Below, in pieces: positions 19,228 through 29,716 of a stretch of 64,000 nt of DNA. Source of the stretch: an uncultured bacterium (GTDB lineage: Bacteria; Bacillota_I; Bacilli_A; RFN20; CAG-826); the NCBI GenBank assembly GCA_949293255.1, contig CASFCL010000003.1, positions 10,042-74,041 of the forward strand. The letters are read 5' to 3'. Within the stretch, counting starts at the first letter, position 1, and every line of letters starts with the position of its first letter. Under the pieces are notes generated by a model. The model was not told the DNA's origin. It did not search any database and worked only from the letters and a program-made list of their open reading frames with translations. The position numbers and the translations under genes are program-made.

Positions 19228-19878
19228 ATGACTATTGAAAATAATTCAAAGATATTAAATAGAACAATTTCATACTTTAATAAATTTGAAAATAATGTCT
19301 TTAAATACGAGTTAGTTATTCGAGAAAATAATTGTCTCAATAATTCTTATAATAAATCTATAATCAAAGTATATCCTGAAAAGATATCAAAAACTAAAGC
19401 ACTTTTGTATAAGAATAAAAACATATCTAGAAGTAAAAACTCTTCTATAATTCCTCTTCGACAAAGGGATAAGGTTTATTTATTTAATTTAGTTATTGAT
19501 GTCACTAAACTTAAAGAAGAATTATCTTTAGGTAAAATTGTTCTTTCAACAGCTTTATCACTCTTTATTGAAGCGTTAGCTGGAATAGGAACAACAGTGA
19601 TGGTTTCTTATTTATCCAATGCGGTGCTTAAATCAGTATCTTCATTAAAGCATAGTTATGCACTAGTGCTTTATTGGATTCATCTAAATGAACCTGTAAC
19701 AAAAACAGTTGCATGTAGAAAAATCTTAAATGATAAAAATATTAACTTTAAAGATAAAACCAAATCGACTATTGACAAAATCATTGATGATTTATTAGCA
19801 AAAACTTTAATATGTAAAATAGAAAATAAGTATATTTCTAATGTTCGAGTATTTAAGATATGTAGTAGACTATTATAA
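19228..19878 (+). CDS. Hypothetical protein
   Basis: 216-aa ORF with RBS-like AAGGG; no recognised motif. Confidence 0.5.
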   Translation: MTIENNSKILNRTISYFNKFENNVFKYELVIRENNCLNNSYNKSIIKVYPEKISKTKALLYKNKNISRSKNSSIIPLRQRDKVYLFNLVIDVTKLKEELSLGKIVLSTALSLFIEALAGIGTTVMVSYLSNAVLKSVSSLKHSYALVLYWIHLNEPVTKTVACRKILNDKNINFKDKTKSTIDKIIDDLLAKTLICKIENKYISNVRVFKICSRLL

Positions 19879-20001
19879 ATAAAATTTTATTAAAGTATCG
19901 ATTAAAAAAATTATTAAGAATAAATAGTTTATACATTATCAAATATCATTTTCCCTGCAAAACTCAACTTTTTTTATAAATTTTTATTTTTTTCATTTTC
20001 T

Positions 20002-20045
20002 TTGGTAAATTTTTCTCTTTGCTGACATCTTGTTAGTAAGGAGGT
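20002..20045 (+). promoter_or_regulatory. Bipartite motif copy 2 plus RBS
   Basis: ttGGTAAatttttctctttgctgaCATCTTGTTAGTAAGGAGGT. Confidence 0.55.
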
Positions 20046-20315
20046 AATAATGATGACTTAACAAATTTTAAATGATGACCTAGAGCAAGAGATTTTATTG
20101 ATGCGATTATTAATAAATAAAGAAGAAATTTACATATTTAAAAATAGCCTATTTTAAAATAGGTAAATCATTAAACTTTAAAAAGATGAAAAAATTTTCA
20201 GTTAGGAGGAAGATCTTAGGCTTAATAAAATTGAGTAATTTGATTCATTATGCAACGTATTTGCAACGAAAATAAATGCGTTGCATAATCAAAGAATTTA
20301 TTTTATTATCAAAAC

Positions 20316-21578
20316 ATGAGGAGTATAAAGTTGAAAGAAACAAAAACATTAAAATTTAAAGTAGATTTATCTAACTCATTTTTAAAAACTGTCAGTGCCT
20401 TTGCAAATTTTGGTACTGGAGTGGTTAAATTTGGAGTTGATAATGATGGTTTTATTATTGGAATTGATGATTTAGAGAAGAAATGTTTAGATATTGCAAA
20501 TAAGATTAATGATAGTATATCTCCTAACCCTAATTATAAACTTGAAATAGATTATAAAAATAAAACTATAGATTTAATTGTTTATGAAGGATTAAATAAA
20601 CCATATTTTTATAAATCAAAAGCTTATAAAAGGAATGATTCATCAACAATAGAGGTAGATATAATTGAACTTCAAAGACTTATTTTAGAAGGTAGAAATA
20701 TGTTTTATGAAGAAGTAGAAACTATTGAAGAAGATTTAAGTTTTGAGATATTAAAAGATAAACTAAAAAAAGAAATAGGTGTTGATCTATCTAAAGATAT
20801 ATTAAAAACTTTAGGACTTATAAATGACAATAATAAATATAATAATGGTGCAAAAATCTTATCAGATTCAAATTGTCTTTTAGGAATCGAGATTATTAAA
20901 TTTGGTAACAATATTAATGAAATAAAAGAAAGAATCGCTATAAGTAATTGTTCAATTTTAAAACAATATGATTTAACTTATGAAATTTTTAAAAAGAATT
21001 ACAGTTATGAATTAATTGATGGACAAGCAAGAAAAACTATTAACTTAATCCCTTTAAATGCCTTTAGAGAAGCTTTAGCTAACGCTATAATTCATAGGGT
21101 ATATGATGAAAATATTAATATTAGAATAATGATGTTTTTAGATAAGGTAATTATAACTTCGCCTGGTGGATTACCTAGTGGAATAAGTAAAGAAGAATAT
21201 TTAGATGGCAAAATTTCTAAATTAAGAAACCCAATGATTGCTAATATATTTTATAGATTTAAATATATTGAAAAATTTGGTACTGGAATATTAAGAATCA
21301 AAGATTTATATAAAGAGTTAAATGTTAAACCAGATTTTAAAGTTTATGAAAATAGTATTAGCGTAATTCTTCCTTCTATAAATATGAAATTATCTTTAAC
21401 AGAAGATGAAAAGAAAATAATGGATCATTTAAATGAAGGATATAGAGCTTCAAGTAAAGATTTATCTAATGTAACAGGGTTTAATAAAGATAAAGTTTTA
21501 AGAACTATAAAAGGATTAAAAGAAAAAGATTATATAAAAATTAGTGGTGTAGGTAAGGCAACTAAATATTATGTTTAG
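20316..21578 (+). CDS. AlbA_2/HATPase_c_4 ATP-binding protein with C-terminal wHTH
   Basis: KTVSAFANFGTG..FGVDNDG, FREALANAIIHR, SPGGLP, RNPMIA, IEKFGTGI. Confidence 0.85.
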   Translation: MRSIKLKETKTLKFKVDLSNSFLKTVSAFANFGTGVVKFGVDNDGFIIGIDDLEKKCLDIANKINDSISPNPNYKLEIDYKNKTIDLIVYEGLNKPYFYKSKAYKRNDSSTIEVDIIELQRLILEGRNMFYEEVETIEEDLSFEILKDKLKKEIGVDLSKDILKTLGLINDNNKYNNGAKILSDSNCLLGIEIIKFGNNINEIKERIAISNCSILKQYDLTYEIFKKNYSYELIDGQARKTINLIPLNAFREALANAIIHRVYDENINIRIMMFLDKVIITSPGGLPSGISKEEYLDGKISKLRNPMIANIFYRFKYIEKFGTGILRIKDLYKELNVKPDFKVYENSISVILPSINMKLSLTEDEKKIMDHLNEGYRASSKDLSNVTGFNKDKVLRTIKGLKEKDYIKISGVGKATKYYV

Positions 21579-21969
21579 TTAGTCTTGTTAACTATTCATA
21601 AGAAACTAATATAATTTAAAAAAGTAGAATTCTATTAAAAATTATTGAAAACGATTACAAATTTATTACTTTGTTTTTTTGTATTAAGTAATGCTTATTA
21701 TTTTAGGGAAACCAATTTTTTCTAAACTAAATAATATTTGATTTAACATAAAGTAAAAAAATCACTTATCTGTAAAGTTTTTAAATATTGAAAAACACAA
21801 TATTTTAAAGTAAAATCCTTGTAAAAACTAAATATTTTTTAAAAATTATTCATTTTGTTGAAATGATTTCTTTGAAAATAGATGCTATTAAATGTATTAT
21901 ATTAATAATCGAAATTTATTTTTATTTTAAAAATAAAAAGATTCAAAAATAATTTGAGGAACTAAGTTT

Positions 21970-24900
21970 ATGGAAGCAGCTATTAAAAAAGAATCCAGTA
22001 AAGTTGGTGTTAGAAAATGGTTTATTTTCATCCTTGTTGGACTTATTGGTCAGTTTGCCTGGGCAATAGAAAATATGTATATAAATACATATATCACTTA
22101 TTTAAATTTTACGGATGTAAGTGGAGTCGGTTTTAATTATTCGATGTTAATTGCAATAACTACTGCATTAAGTGCAATTGTTGCAACGTTAACTACGATT
22201 TTTATGGGTAGTTTAACTGATAGAGTTAATAAAAGAAAAATATTTATCTCTATTGGTTATATTGTTTGGGGTATTTCGACTGCAAGTTTTGGATTATTAA
22301 ATGTTGGTGGAGGAAGTGCAAATAACTTAATCCCTATTTCAATAACTGCTTTCCAAGCTGCAATCATGGTAATTGTTATTGATTGTATTATGACTTTCTT
22401 TGGATCAACTAGTAACGATGCTGCTTTTAATTCTTATGTTACGAAAAATACAAATAGTTTAAATAGAGGAAAAGTTGAAGGCGTTTTAGCTGTTTTACCA
22501 CTCATTGCTATGTTAATTATTTTTGTTGGTCTAAATGGTTTAACAACAGAAGCAATGGGTTATAGATGGGATTTATTTTTCTATATTGTTGGGGCTTTAG
22601 TTTTATTTGTTGGTCTTATTTCAACTATTTTGATTCCTAAAGAAGATACGATAAAAGTAGAAGATTTATCTTATACAAGATTATTATTTGATGGATTTAA
22701 ACCAAAAACTGTTAAAGAAAATAAGCTTTTATATTTAGTTTTAGTTGGATATTTCATTTATGGAGTTGCAATACAAGTATATTTCCCATATTTGATGGTT
22801 TATGTTCAATATACTTGTAATATTGCAAATAGTGGCGAAGGATTTTTAACTCCATTTGCAATTGTTATGGCAATTGCTTTACTTGGAGGAAGTTTGCTTT
22901 CTGTAATAATTGGAATCTTCTCTGATAAATTTTCAAAAGAAAAGATGATGATTCCAGTAGTTACAATCTTAATTATTGGATGCTTAATGATGTTTTTTGC
23001 CCCATTTATTAAAGATGACACTATTAGAATTGTTTATTCATCAATTAGTGGACTAATTATGATTTTAGGATATGTTTCAGTTCCAACTATCTTTAATGCG
23101 ATGGTAAAAGATAATATTCCTAAAGGTAAAGAAGGATCATTTATGGGAGTAAGAATGATTTTCGTTGTTGCTTTACCAATGTGTATTGGACCGTTTATTG
23201 GAGATGCTTTAAATGCAAGTTTAGGAAGTACTTACTTATCTGATTTTGGAGTTGAAAGTAATATTCCTAGTGAATATGGATATATAGTTGCTATCTTTAT
23301 TTTATTATTAACCTTTATCCCAATCTTCTTTATTTTGAAAATGAATAAAGATAAAGGAATCAAAAAAGCATATAAAAACAAAGGTTATTTATATAGTGAT
23401 TTAAAGAAAGAATACACAAAAGAAGAGCTAGATTTTGATTTATCTAAACATCCTAGACCTCAACTTGAAAGAGCTGATTTTATGTCAATCAATGGAGAAT
23501 GGGATATCGAAATTTCTAAAAATCCTGATATTGATGAGATTAATTTTTCTTCAAAAGGAATGGTGCCTTTTGCAGTTGAATCACCTATTAGTCAAGTGAA
23601 TCATCTTTTAGAATCTGATGAGTTTATTTACTATAAAAAAGTGGTTTCTTTAACTAAATCCTTGCAAAAAGAGCATATTTTCTTAAATTTTGAAGGTGTT
23701 GATCAAGAGTGTTGGGTCTATATAAATAAAAAATTGGCTACTTATCATGTAGGTGCTTATACTCGTTTTAAAGTAGATATTAAAGAATTTATTGAAGATG
23801 AAAATTACGAAAATATTGAAATTACAATTAAGGTAAAAGATGTAACTGACGATAGCTATCACATGGTAGGAAAACAAAGATTACATCCAAGTGGATGGTT
23901 TTATTCTTCAAGTAGTGGAATTTATAAACCTGTTTATATAGAAAGTATTGACGGAGATTATATTGAATCAGTTTTATATACTTCTTTATATGATGAAGAA
24001 TCAGTTTTAGTTAATGTTAAAACAAATGTTGATGGAGAAGTTAAATTATTTATTAATGAAAAAGAATATTTAATTGAAGCAAATAAAGAAACAAAAATTA
24101 AACTTGATCCATTCATAGCTTGGGATATTAATAATCCTTATTTATATGATGTAAAAATTGTCTTTAACAAAGATGAAGTTAAATCTTATTTTGGAGTAAG
24201 AAAAATAGAGATTAAAGGGGATGAAAATAAAGGAATTTATTTAAATAATAGAAGAATTATTTTAAATGGATTACTTGATCAAGGATATTATTATTTAGGT
24301 GGACTTACTCCTAGAAGTTATGATGAATATTTAAATGATATAAAAAATGCTAAAGAATTAGGTTATAACTGTTTAAGAAAGCATATTAAAGTAGAAAATG
24401 ATTATTACTATTATTATGCAGATAAATTAGGAGTTTTATTAATTCAAGATATCCCTAATGGTGGTGATAGAATTAAATTCTTAAATGTTGTCTTCCCTAG
24501 ATTTTCTATTAAATTATTTAATAAAGAGAAATTTAATACTTATGAAAGTTATGGAAGAACAAATGATGAAGGTAGAGAATTATTTAAAAAAGATTTACTA
24601 GAAATTATAAATAATACTTCTTCTTTTCCATCAGTAATTATTTATACTTTATTTAATGAAGCCTGGGGACAATTTGATGGATCAAAAATTTATGAATATG
24701 TAAAACCATTAGTTAAAAACCAACTCATTGATACTGCTAGTGGATGGCTTGATTGTGTTAAGAGCGATTTTTATTCAATTCATTCATATACATTTCCTGC
24801 TTTTAAAAGAAAAGATGATAAAGGATATAATAGACCTTATGTTTTAACTGAAATTGGTGGAGCCTCATTAAAAGTTAAAGGTCATTATGATTATCCAAAA

Positions 24901-25134
24901 TTATATGGTCATCATATCTGTTTATCTCAAAAAGCATATGAAAAAAGATATGTTTCCTTATATAAAAAGATGATTAAGAGAATGAAAGATAACAATTTAA
25001 ATGGAATTATTTATACTGAATTATCTGATTGTGAAACTGAAGCAAACGGAATTTATACTCTTGATAGAGAAGTTTTAAAGATTGATAAAGAAATTATTAA
25101 AGCTATTAATAAAGAGATTGATGATATTTATTAA
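21970..25134 (+). CDS. MFS sugar transporter fused to a GH2 glycoside hydrolase
   Basis: Multi-TM N-half with GSLTDRVNKRK; C-half HPRPQLER, FEGVDQ, LDQGY, RKHIKVE, FNEAWG, TEIGG. Confidence 0.85.
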   Translation: MEAAIKKESSKVGVRKWFIFILVGLIGQFAWAIENMYINTYITYLNFTDVSGVGFNYSMLIAITTALSAIVATLTTIFMGSLTDRVNKRKIFISIGYIVWGISTASFGLLNVGGGSANNLIPISITAFQAAIMVIVIDCIMTFFGSTSNDAAFNSYVTKNTNSLNRGKVEGVLAVLPLIAMLIIFVGLNGLTTEAMGYRWDLFFYIVGALVLFVGLISTILIPKEDTIKVEDLSYTRLLFDGFKPKTVKENKLLYLVLVGYFIYGVAIQVYFPYLMVYVQYTCNIANSGEGFLTPFAIVMAIALLGGSLLSVIIGIFSDKFSKEKMMIPVVTILIIGCLMMFFAPFIKDDTIRIVYSSISGLIMILGYVSVPTIFNAMVKDNIPKGKEGSFMGVRMIFVVALPMCIGPFIGDALNASLGSTYLSDFGVESNIPSEYGYIVAIFILLLTFIPIFFILKMNKDKGIKKAYKNKGYLYSDLKKEYTKEELDFDLSKHPRPQLERADFMSINGEWDIEISKNPDIDEINFSSKGMVPFAVESPISQVNHLLESDEFIYYKKVVSLTKSLQKEHIFLNFEGVDQECWVYINKKLATYHVGAYTRFKVDIKEFIEDENYENIEITIKVKDVTDDSYHMVGKQRLHPSGWFYSSSSGIYKPVYIESIDGDYIESVLYTSLYDEESVLVNVKTNVDGEVKLFINEKEYLIEANKETKIKLDPFIAWDINNPYLYDVKIVFNKDEVKSYFGVRKIEIKGDENKGIYLNNRRIILNGLLDQGYYYLGGLTPRSYDEYLNDIKNAKELGYNCLRKHIKVENDYYYYYADKLGVLLIQDIPNGGDRIKFLNVVFPRFSIKLFNKEKFNTYESYGRTNDEGRELFKKDLLEIINNTSSFPSVIIYTLFNEAWGQFDGSKIYEYVKPLVKNQLIDTASGWLDCVKSDFYSIHSYTFPAFKRKDDKGYNRPYVLTEIGGASLKVKGHYDYPKLYGHHICLSQKAYEKRYVSLYKKMIKRMKDNNLNGIIYTELSDCETEANGIYTLDREVLKIDKEIIKAINKEIDDIY

Positions 25135-25158
25135 AATTTTTAAAAAAATACAAAAAGT

Positions 25159-25203
25159 TTGGTAAATTTTTGAAATTGCGGCAATCTTGTTAGTATAAGG
25201 GGG
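25159..25203 (+). promoter_or_regulatory. Bipartite motif copy 3
   Basis: ttGGTAAatttttgaaattgcggcAATCTTGTTAGTAtaaggggg. Confidence 0.5.
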
Positions 25204-25259
25204 AAAATAATATGTTTACCCTTTATAAAAGAATGATGTTTTTATAAAATATCATTTAT

Positions 25260-26837
25260 ATGAATTTGAAGGAAGAAGAAACCAAAAAAGAAGAGCTTAA
25301 CCTCAACGAATCAATTGAAGAAGATGTTCAAGAGGTTAAAGAAGAAAAAGAAAAAGAAGAGAAAGAAAAAAAGGATAAAGATCAAAATAAAGGCAATAAA
25401 TATGTTCTTTATTTAGGAATTATTCTCATTATTACCATTGCTGTTTTATGTTTTAACCTTTTAAGTGGAACAAACATTTTATCAGAAGATGGTAAAACTT
25501 ATTTAAAGGTCTATCAAACTTTTCCAATGATCTTTGAAGAAATGAATTATGGATATTTTGCTTTTACTATATTCATAATTATATTTTCATTGATGTTAAA
25601 TGGGTTTATTCTCTTTTGTTTTGCTAGACTTTATACAAAAAGATACCGATATCATCAAGCGATGGCGAATTTATTGATTGGTGATTTCTATCAAGCAATT
25701 ACTCCAGGAGGAGTTGGGGGACATTTTGCTCAAGTTTACACATTTAAAAAACAAGAGATTAATATCTCGGTTGGTACTTCGATTGTTGTAATGATTTTCA
25801 TCGTTTATCAAACAGTCTTATTAATTTGTGGATTTATCTCGATGTTTAAAATTGGCGATATTTTAGCTATCAATACAATCACACTTGGTGCAGGTGAAAG
25901 TGGAGAAGCTATTAATACAATTAACATTCCTCTTGTTATTTTTGTTATTGCTGGGTATTTACTTAACGCAATTGTTATCTTAGCCTTAATTTTTATGTCT
26001 TATTCAAGAAGATTACACAATTTCGTTATCAATAAAGGAATCCGATTTTTAGGGAAATTACATTTAATTAAAGATCCTGATAAAAAAAGAGAAGAATTAA
26101 TAATTAAAGTTGCTAATTATCGAGTTGAATTAAGACGTTTACAAACTAATATTCCTTTTACAATTTTAGTTTCAGTTTTAACTTTTGGGTTTATTTTTTT
26201 CTCTGGAGCAATTCCAGCTTTATGTGGATATTCTTTAAATGCTTTTATTGAAACAAGCCAATTAGATGTATTAGATAAATGTTTTACATCGTTTTGTTAT
26301 TATAATTTCCATCAAATGACCTGTGGTCTTCTTCCAATTCCAGGAATGAGTGGTATATCAGAATTTGTTTTTGCAAAACTTTATACAGTTCCTGGAGAAG
26401 AAGTTGTAAATCCATTTTTTACAAATCCTGAGTTCATAGATAAAGGAGGCTTGCCAATTCTTTTATTATTATGGAGAATTGGAACTTTCTATATTCCTTT
26501 CTTAGTTGATGGACTTATTGCTGCATTATATAAATCAAGAGGTCTTAGAGGAGAAAGTAGATTCTATAACATTTCAAATCCAAGACAAACATTCCTTACT
26601 ATCCAAATTGAAACATATGAAGAAAGAAAAACTTCAAGTGATACAAGATATGTAACAGTTGCAATGGAAAGAAAGCAATTATTGCATTCTCTTTCACCAA
26701 AAGGTAGAAAAGAAAAGAAGCAAAAGAAGAAAGAAGATCAGGCTCAAAATATTAAGAAAAACGAAGAGAATATTAATTCTCAAAAAACTACATATGTTAA
26801 AATCGGAAATCAAGAAGATAAAGGAGAAGAAAAGTAA
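25260..26837 (+). CDS. LPG_synthase_TM (flippase-like) membrane protein
   Basis: AITPGGVGG, LPIPGMSGISE, LWRIGTFY; next to a glycosyltransferase. Confidence 0.8.
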   Translation: MNLKEEETKKEELNLNESIEEDVQEVKEEKEKEEKEKKDKDQNKGNKYVLYLGIILIITIAVLCFNLLSGTNILSEDGKTYLKVYQTFPMIFEEMNYGYFAFTIFIIIFSLMLNGFILFCFARLYTKRYRYHQAMANLLIGDFYQAITPGGVGGHFAQVYTFKKQEINISVGTSIVVMIFIVYQTVLLICGFISMFKIGDILAINTITLGAGESGEAINTINIPLVIFVIAGYLLNAIVILALIFMSYSRRLHNFVINKGIRFLGKLHLIKDPDKKREELIIKVANYRVELRRLQTNIPFTILVSVLTFGFIFFSGAIPALCGYSLNAFIETSQLDVLDKCFTSFCYYNFHQMTCGLLPIPGMSGISEFVFAKLYTVPGEEVVNPFFTNPEFIDKGGLPILLLLWRIGTFYIPFLVDGLIAALYKSRGLRGESRFYNISNPRQTFLTIQIETYEERKTSSDTRYVTVAMERKQLLHSLSPKGRKEKKQKKKEDQAQNIKKNEENINSQKTTYVKIGNQEDKGEEK

Positions 26838-26840
26838 CTT

Positions 26841-28010
26841 ATGAATATAGGATTATTTTCTGATACTTATATCCCTGAAATTAATGGTGTAGCTACAAGT
26901 GTCAATTCTTTATATAAAATCTTAAAAAAGTATGGACACAACGTATATGTAATCACCACAAGTGATAAAAAAGAAGTTACATTTGAAAATGATATTATTC
27001 GTATTCCAGGAGTTGAATTAAAAAAACTTTACGGATACAGAATGGCTTTTGTCTTTAATTCAAAAGCATTTAAAATCATTAAGAATTTACATTTAGATGT
27101 AGTTCATGTTAATACCGAATTTGGTATTGGAAAATTTGGATTTATAGTTGCTTCAAGATTAAAGATAGCTTCTGTTTATACTTATCATACAATGTATGAA
27201 GATTATACTTATTATATGACAAAAGGTTATTTCGACCGCGTTTCAAAATGGGTAATTAGAGAATTTTGCAAGACTAATATGGTTAGAGCAAATGAAATAA
27301 TTACACCTAGTGAAAAGACAAAAGTTTATCTTAGATCGATAGGAATTGAATCATATATCAACGTTGTACCAACCGGTTTTGATATTTCTGGATTTGCAAA
27401 TATTGATAAAAACTGTGAATATTTGCAGGCTTTTAAAGAAAAATACAAGCTTTCAGATAAGAGTAAAATTCTTTTATGTCTTGGTCGACTTGCAAAAGAA
27501 AAGAGCTTCGATATTGTAATTGATGGTTATAAACAATTTAAAGAGACATTTAATTATGATACTAAATTATTGTTTGTAGGTGATGGTCCTGCGGCAAGTT
27601 CATTAAAAAGACAAGCTGAAAGATTAGGGTTAAAGGATGATGTAATTTTTGTTGGCAAAGTTCCACAAAAAGAAACTAAATATTTTTATGCACTCGCTGA
27701 TGTATTTTTAAATGCTTCAGTTAGTGAAACACAAGGTTTAACTTTTATGGAAGCAATGGCAGGAGGAGATATTATTCTTTGTAGATTTGATAATAACTTA
27801 ATTGGAATTATCAACAATAAAATTAACGGCTTCTTTTTTATAGATGCTGATGATTTTAAATATAAATTAAAAGAAATTTTAGAACTTGAAGAAGAGAAGA
27901 AGAAAGAAATTCTCGATAATGCTTTAAAATCAATTGATGGTTTTGGAGAGAATTCGTTTTATAATAATATAATAGAGGTATATACACGTGCGATACGAAG
28001 AAATTGGTAA
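26841..28010 (+). CDS. GT4 glycosyltransferase (diacylglycerol glucosyltransferase-like)
   Basis: FSDTYIPEINGVATS, TYHTMYEDY, GRLAKEK, SETQGLTFMEAMA. Confidence 0.9.
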   Translation: MNIGLFSDTYIPEINGVATSVNSLYKILKKYGHNVYVITTSDKKEVTFENDIIRIPGVELKKLYGYRMAFVFNSKAFKIIKNLHLDVVHVNTEFGIGKFGFIVASRLKIASVYTYHTMYEDYTYYMTKGYFDRVSKWVIREFCKTNMVRANEIITPSEKTKVYLRSIGIESYINVVPTGFDISGFANIDKNCEYLQAFKEKYKLSDKSKILLCLGRLAKEKSFDIVIDGYKQFKETFNYDTKLLFVGDGPAASSLKRQAERLGLKDDVIFVGKVPQKETKYFYALADVFLNASVSETQGLTFMEAMAGGDIILCRFDNNLIGIINNKINGFFFIDADDFKYKLKEILELEEEKKKEILDNALKSIDGFGENSFYNNIIEVYTRAIRRNW

Positions 28011-28797
28011 TGACAATTATTTAAAAAATGTTAAGCAAAAAGGAAATTGCTTTATCTATAATTTTGGCGAATTTACAGTTAGAATTCCTCTTTCATCTTA
28101 TAGTGAAGTAAAATTATCCCCTGAAAATACATACTCAAAAGAAGAATTAAGGGAACTTTTTGATCTAGGAACACTCTATAAAATTGAAACATATGTTAAA
28201 AAATTAACTTCAAAAAAAGTTTATTCCTCATATGATTTAAAAATTAAATTAATGAAAAAATATAATAACTCAAGACTTGTAAATAAAGTAGTTGAGGAAT
28301 ATAAAGAAATGAATGTTGTTAATGATGAAATATTTGCAAAAGAGTGTTATGAGATTTTAGATGAGAAATTATATGGTAAATATTTTATAGTTGATTATTT
28401 AAAAAAACGTGGGATTTGCGACGATTTTATTAAAAATATGAATTTTTCCGAAGAAAGAGAAATCGAAAAATGTACCGTCTATTTTGAATCAATAAAGAAT
28501 AAATTCGTCTCTAAAAATTTTACAAAACAAAAGAAAAGCCTATTTAATTTAATGATTAAAAGAGGATTCGAATTGAATGTTATTGATAGTGTTTTAAATA
28601 ATTTAAAAATTAATCCTGAACACGAAATAACAAGTTTAAAGAAAGATTATCAAAAATATAGTTATAAATATTCAGCTAAATTTGTTGGTTATAAATTAAG
28701 AAACAAAATCGTTAATGCTTTAGTTACCAAAGGTTATCCTTACCAAATGATTTCTACAGTATTAAATGAAATGGGAGAGGAGAATACAAATGATTAA
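27988..28797 (+). CDS. recX: RecX-like regulatory protein
   Basis: VNDEIFA, YGKYFI..YLKKRGI, repeated KRGF/TKGY helices. Confidence 0.7.
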   Translation: MRYEEIGNDNYLKNVKQKGNCFIYNFGEFTVRIPLSSYSEVKLSPENTYSKEELRELFDLGTLYKIETYVKKLTSKKVYSSYDLKIKLMKKYNNSRLVNKVVEEYKEMNVVNDEIFAKECYEILDEKLYGKYFIVDYLKKRGICDDFIKNMNFSEEREIEKCTVYFESIKNKFVSKNFTKQKKSLFNLMIKRGFELNVIDSVLNNLKINPEHEITSLKKDYQKYSYKYSAKFVGYKLRNKIVNALVTKGYPYQMISTVLNEMGEENTND

Positions 28798-29716
28798 AGA
28801 TTTACGAAATGGTATGTCAGCTGATGGAACATACCTTGTTAAAGATTGCTCTTGTTTAACTGGGTCAAATGGCAATAGCTATTTTAGTTTAACCCTTCAA
28901 GATGCTAGCGGAACAATCGATGCTAAAAAATTTGATGTATATGAAAAAGATGAAATGATTTTAGCCCCTGGAAATTTTATTGAAATCGAAGGTGTAGTTA
29001 ATGTTTATCGTGAAAAAATGCAAATTATTGTTCGTTATGCTTCAAAATTAGATAAAAATAAAGTAGATTATTCTCACTTTATCCCTTCAGCTCCTATCTC
29101 TCAAAGCGTTTTAGAAAAAGATTTAAAATCTTTTATTGAATCTATTAAAGATGAAGATTGTTATAAAATTGTAAAAACTATTTTTGATAGAAATTATAAT
29201 CAATTTATTGTTCATCCAGCTGCTGTAAGAAATCATCATGATTTTAACAATGGTCTTTTATATCACACTGTTACAATGTGTAAACTTGCTGATCATATCG
29301 CATCTTTATATCCTAATATTAATAGAGACATTTTAATTAGTGGATGTTTACTACATGATATTGGTAAATTAAAAGAATTAAGTGGAGCAGTTGGTTGCCA
29401 TTATACTGTTGAAGGAAATTTATTAGGCCATTTAGTAATTGGAACAATGATGGTTAATGAAGTAGCTAAGGAACTTCAAATTACATCTGAAGTACCTTTA
29501 CTTTTAGAACATATGATTGCTTCACATCATGGAAAACTTGAATATGGTGCTGCAATATTACCTCAAACTCAAGAAGCTTTACTTCTTAGTATGATTGATG
29601 ATATGGATGCAAAAGCCAATTCTTTAAGCAAGAATTTAAGTAATATAAAAGAGGGAACATTTACTGAAAAAATATTCCCTCTCGATAATAGAAGTTTTTA
29701 TAAACCAGGTAAATAA
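28790..29716 (+). CDS. yhaM: 3'-5' exoribonuclease YhaM (OB fold plus HD domain)
   Basis: LQDASGTIDAK, PAAVRNHH, LHDIGK, SHHGKLEYG. Confidence 0.9.
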   Translation: MIKDLRNGMSADGTYLVKDCSCLTGSNGNSYFSLTLQDASGTIDAKKFDVYEKDEMILAPGNFIEIEGVVNVYREKMQIIVRYASKLDKNKVDYSHFIPSAPISQSVLEKDLKSFIESIKDEDCYKIVKTIFDRNYNQFIVHPAAVRNHHDFNNGLLYHTVTMCKLADHIASLYPNINRDILISGCLLHDIGKLKELSGAVGCHYTVEGNLLGHLVIGTMMVNEVAKELQITSEVPLLLEHMIASHHGKLEYGAAILPQTQEALLLSMIDDMDAKANSLSKNLSNIKEGTFTEKIFPLDNRSFYKPGK

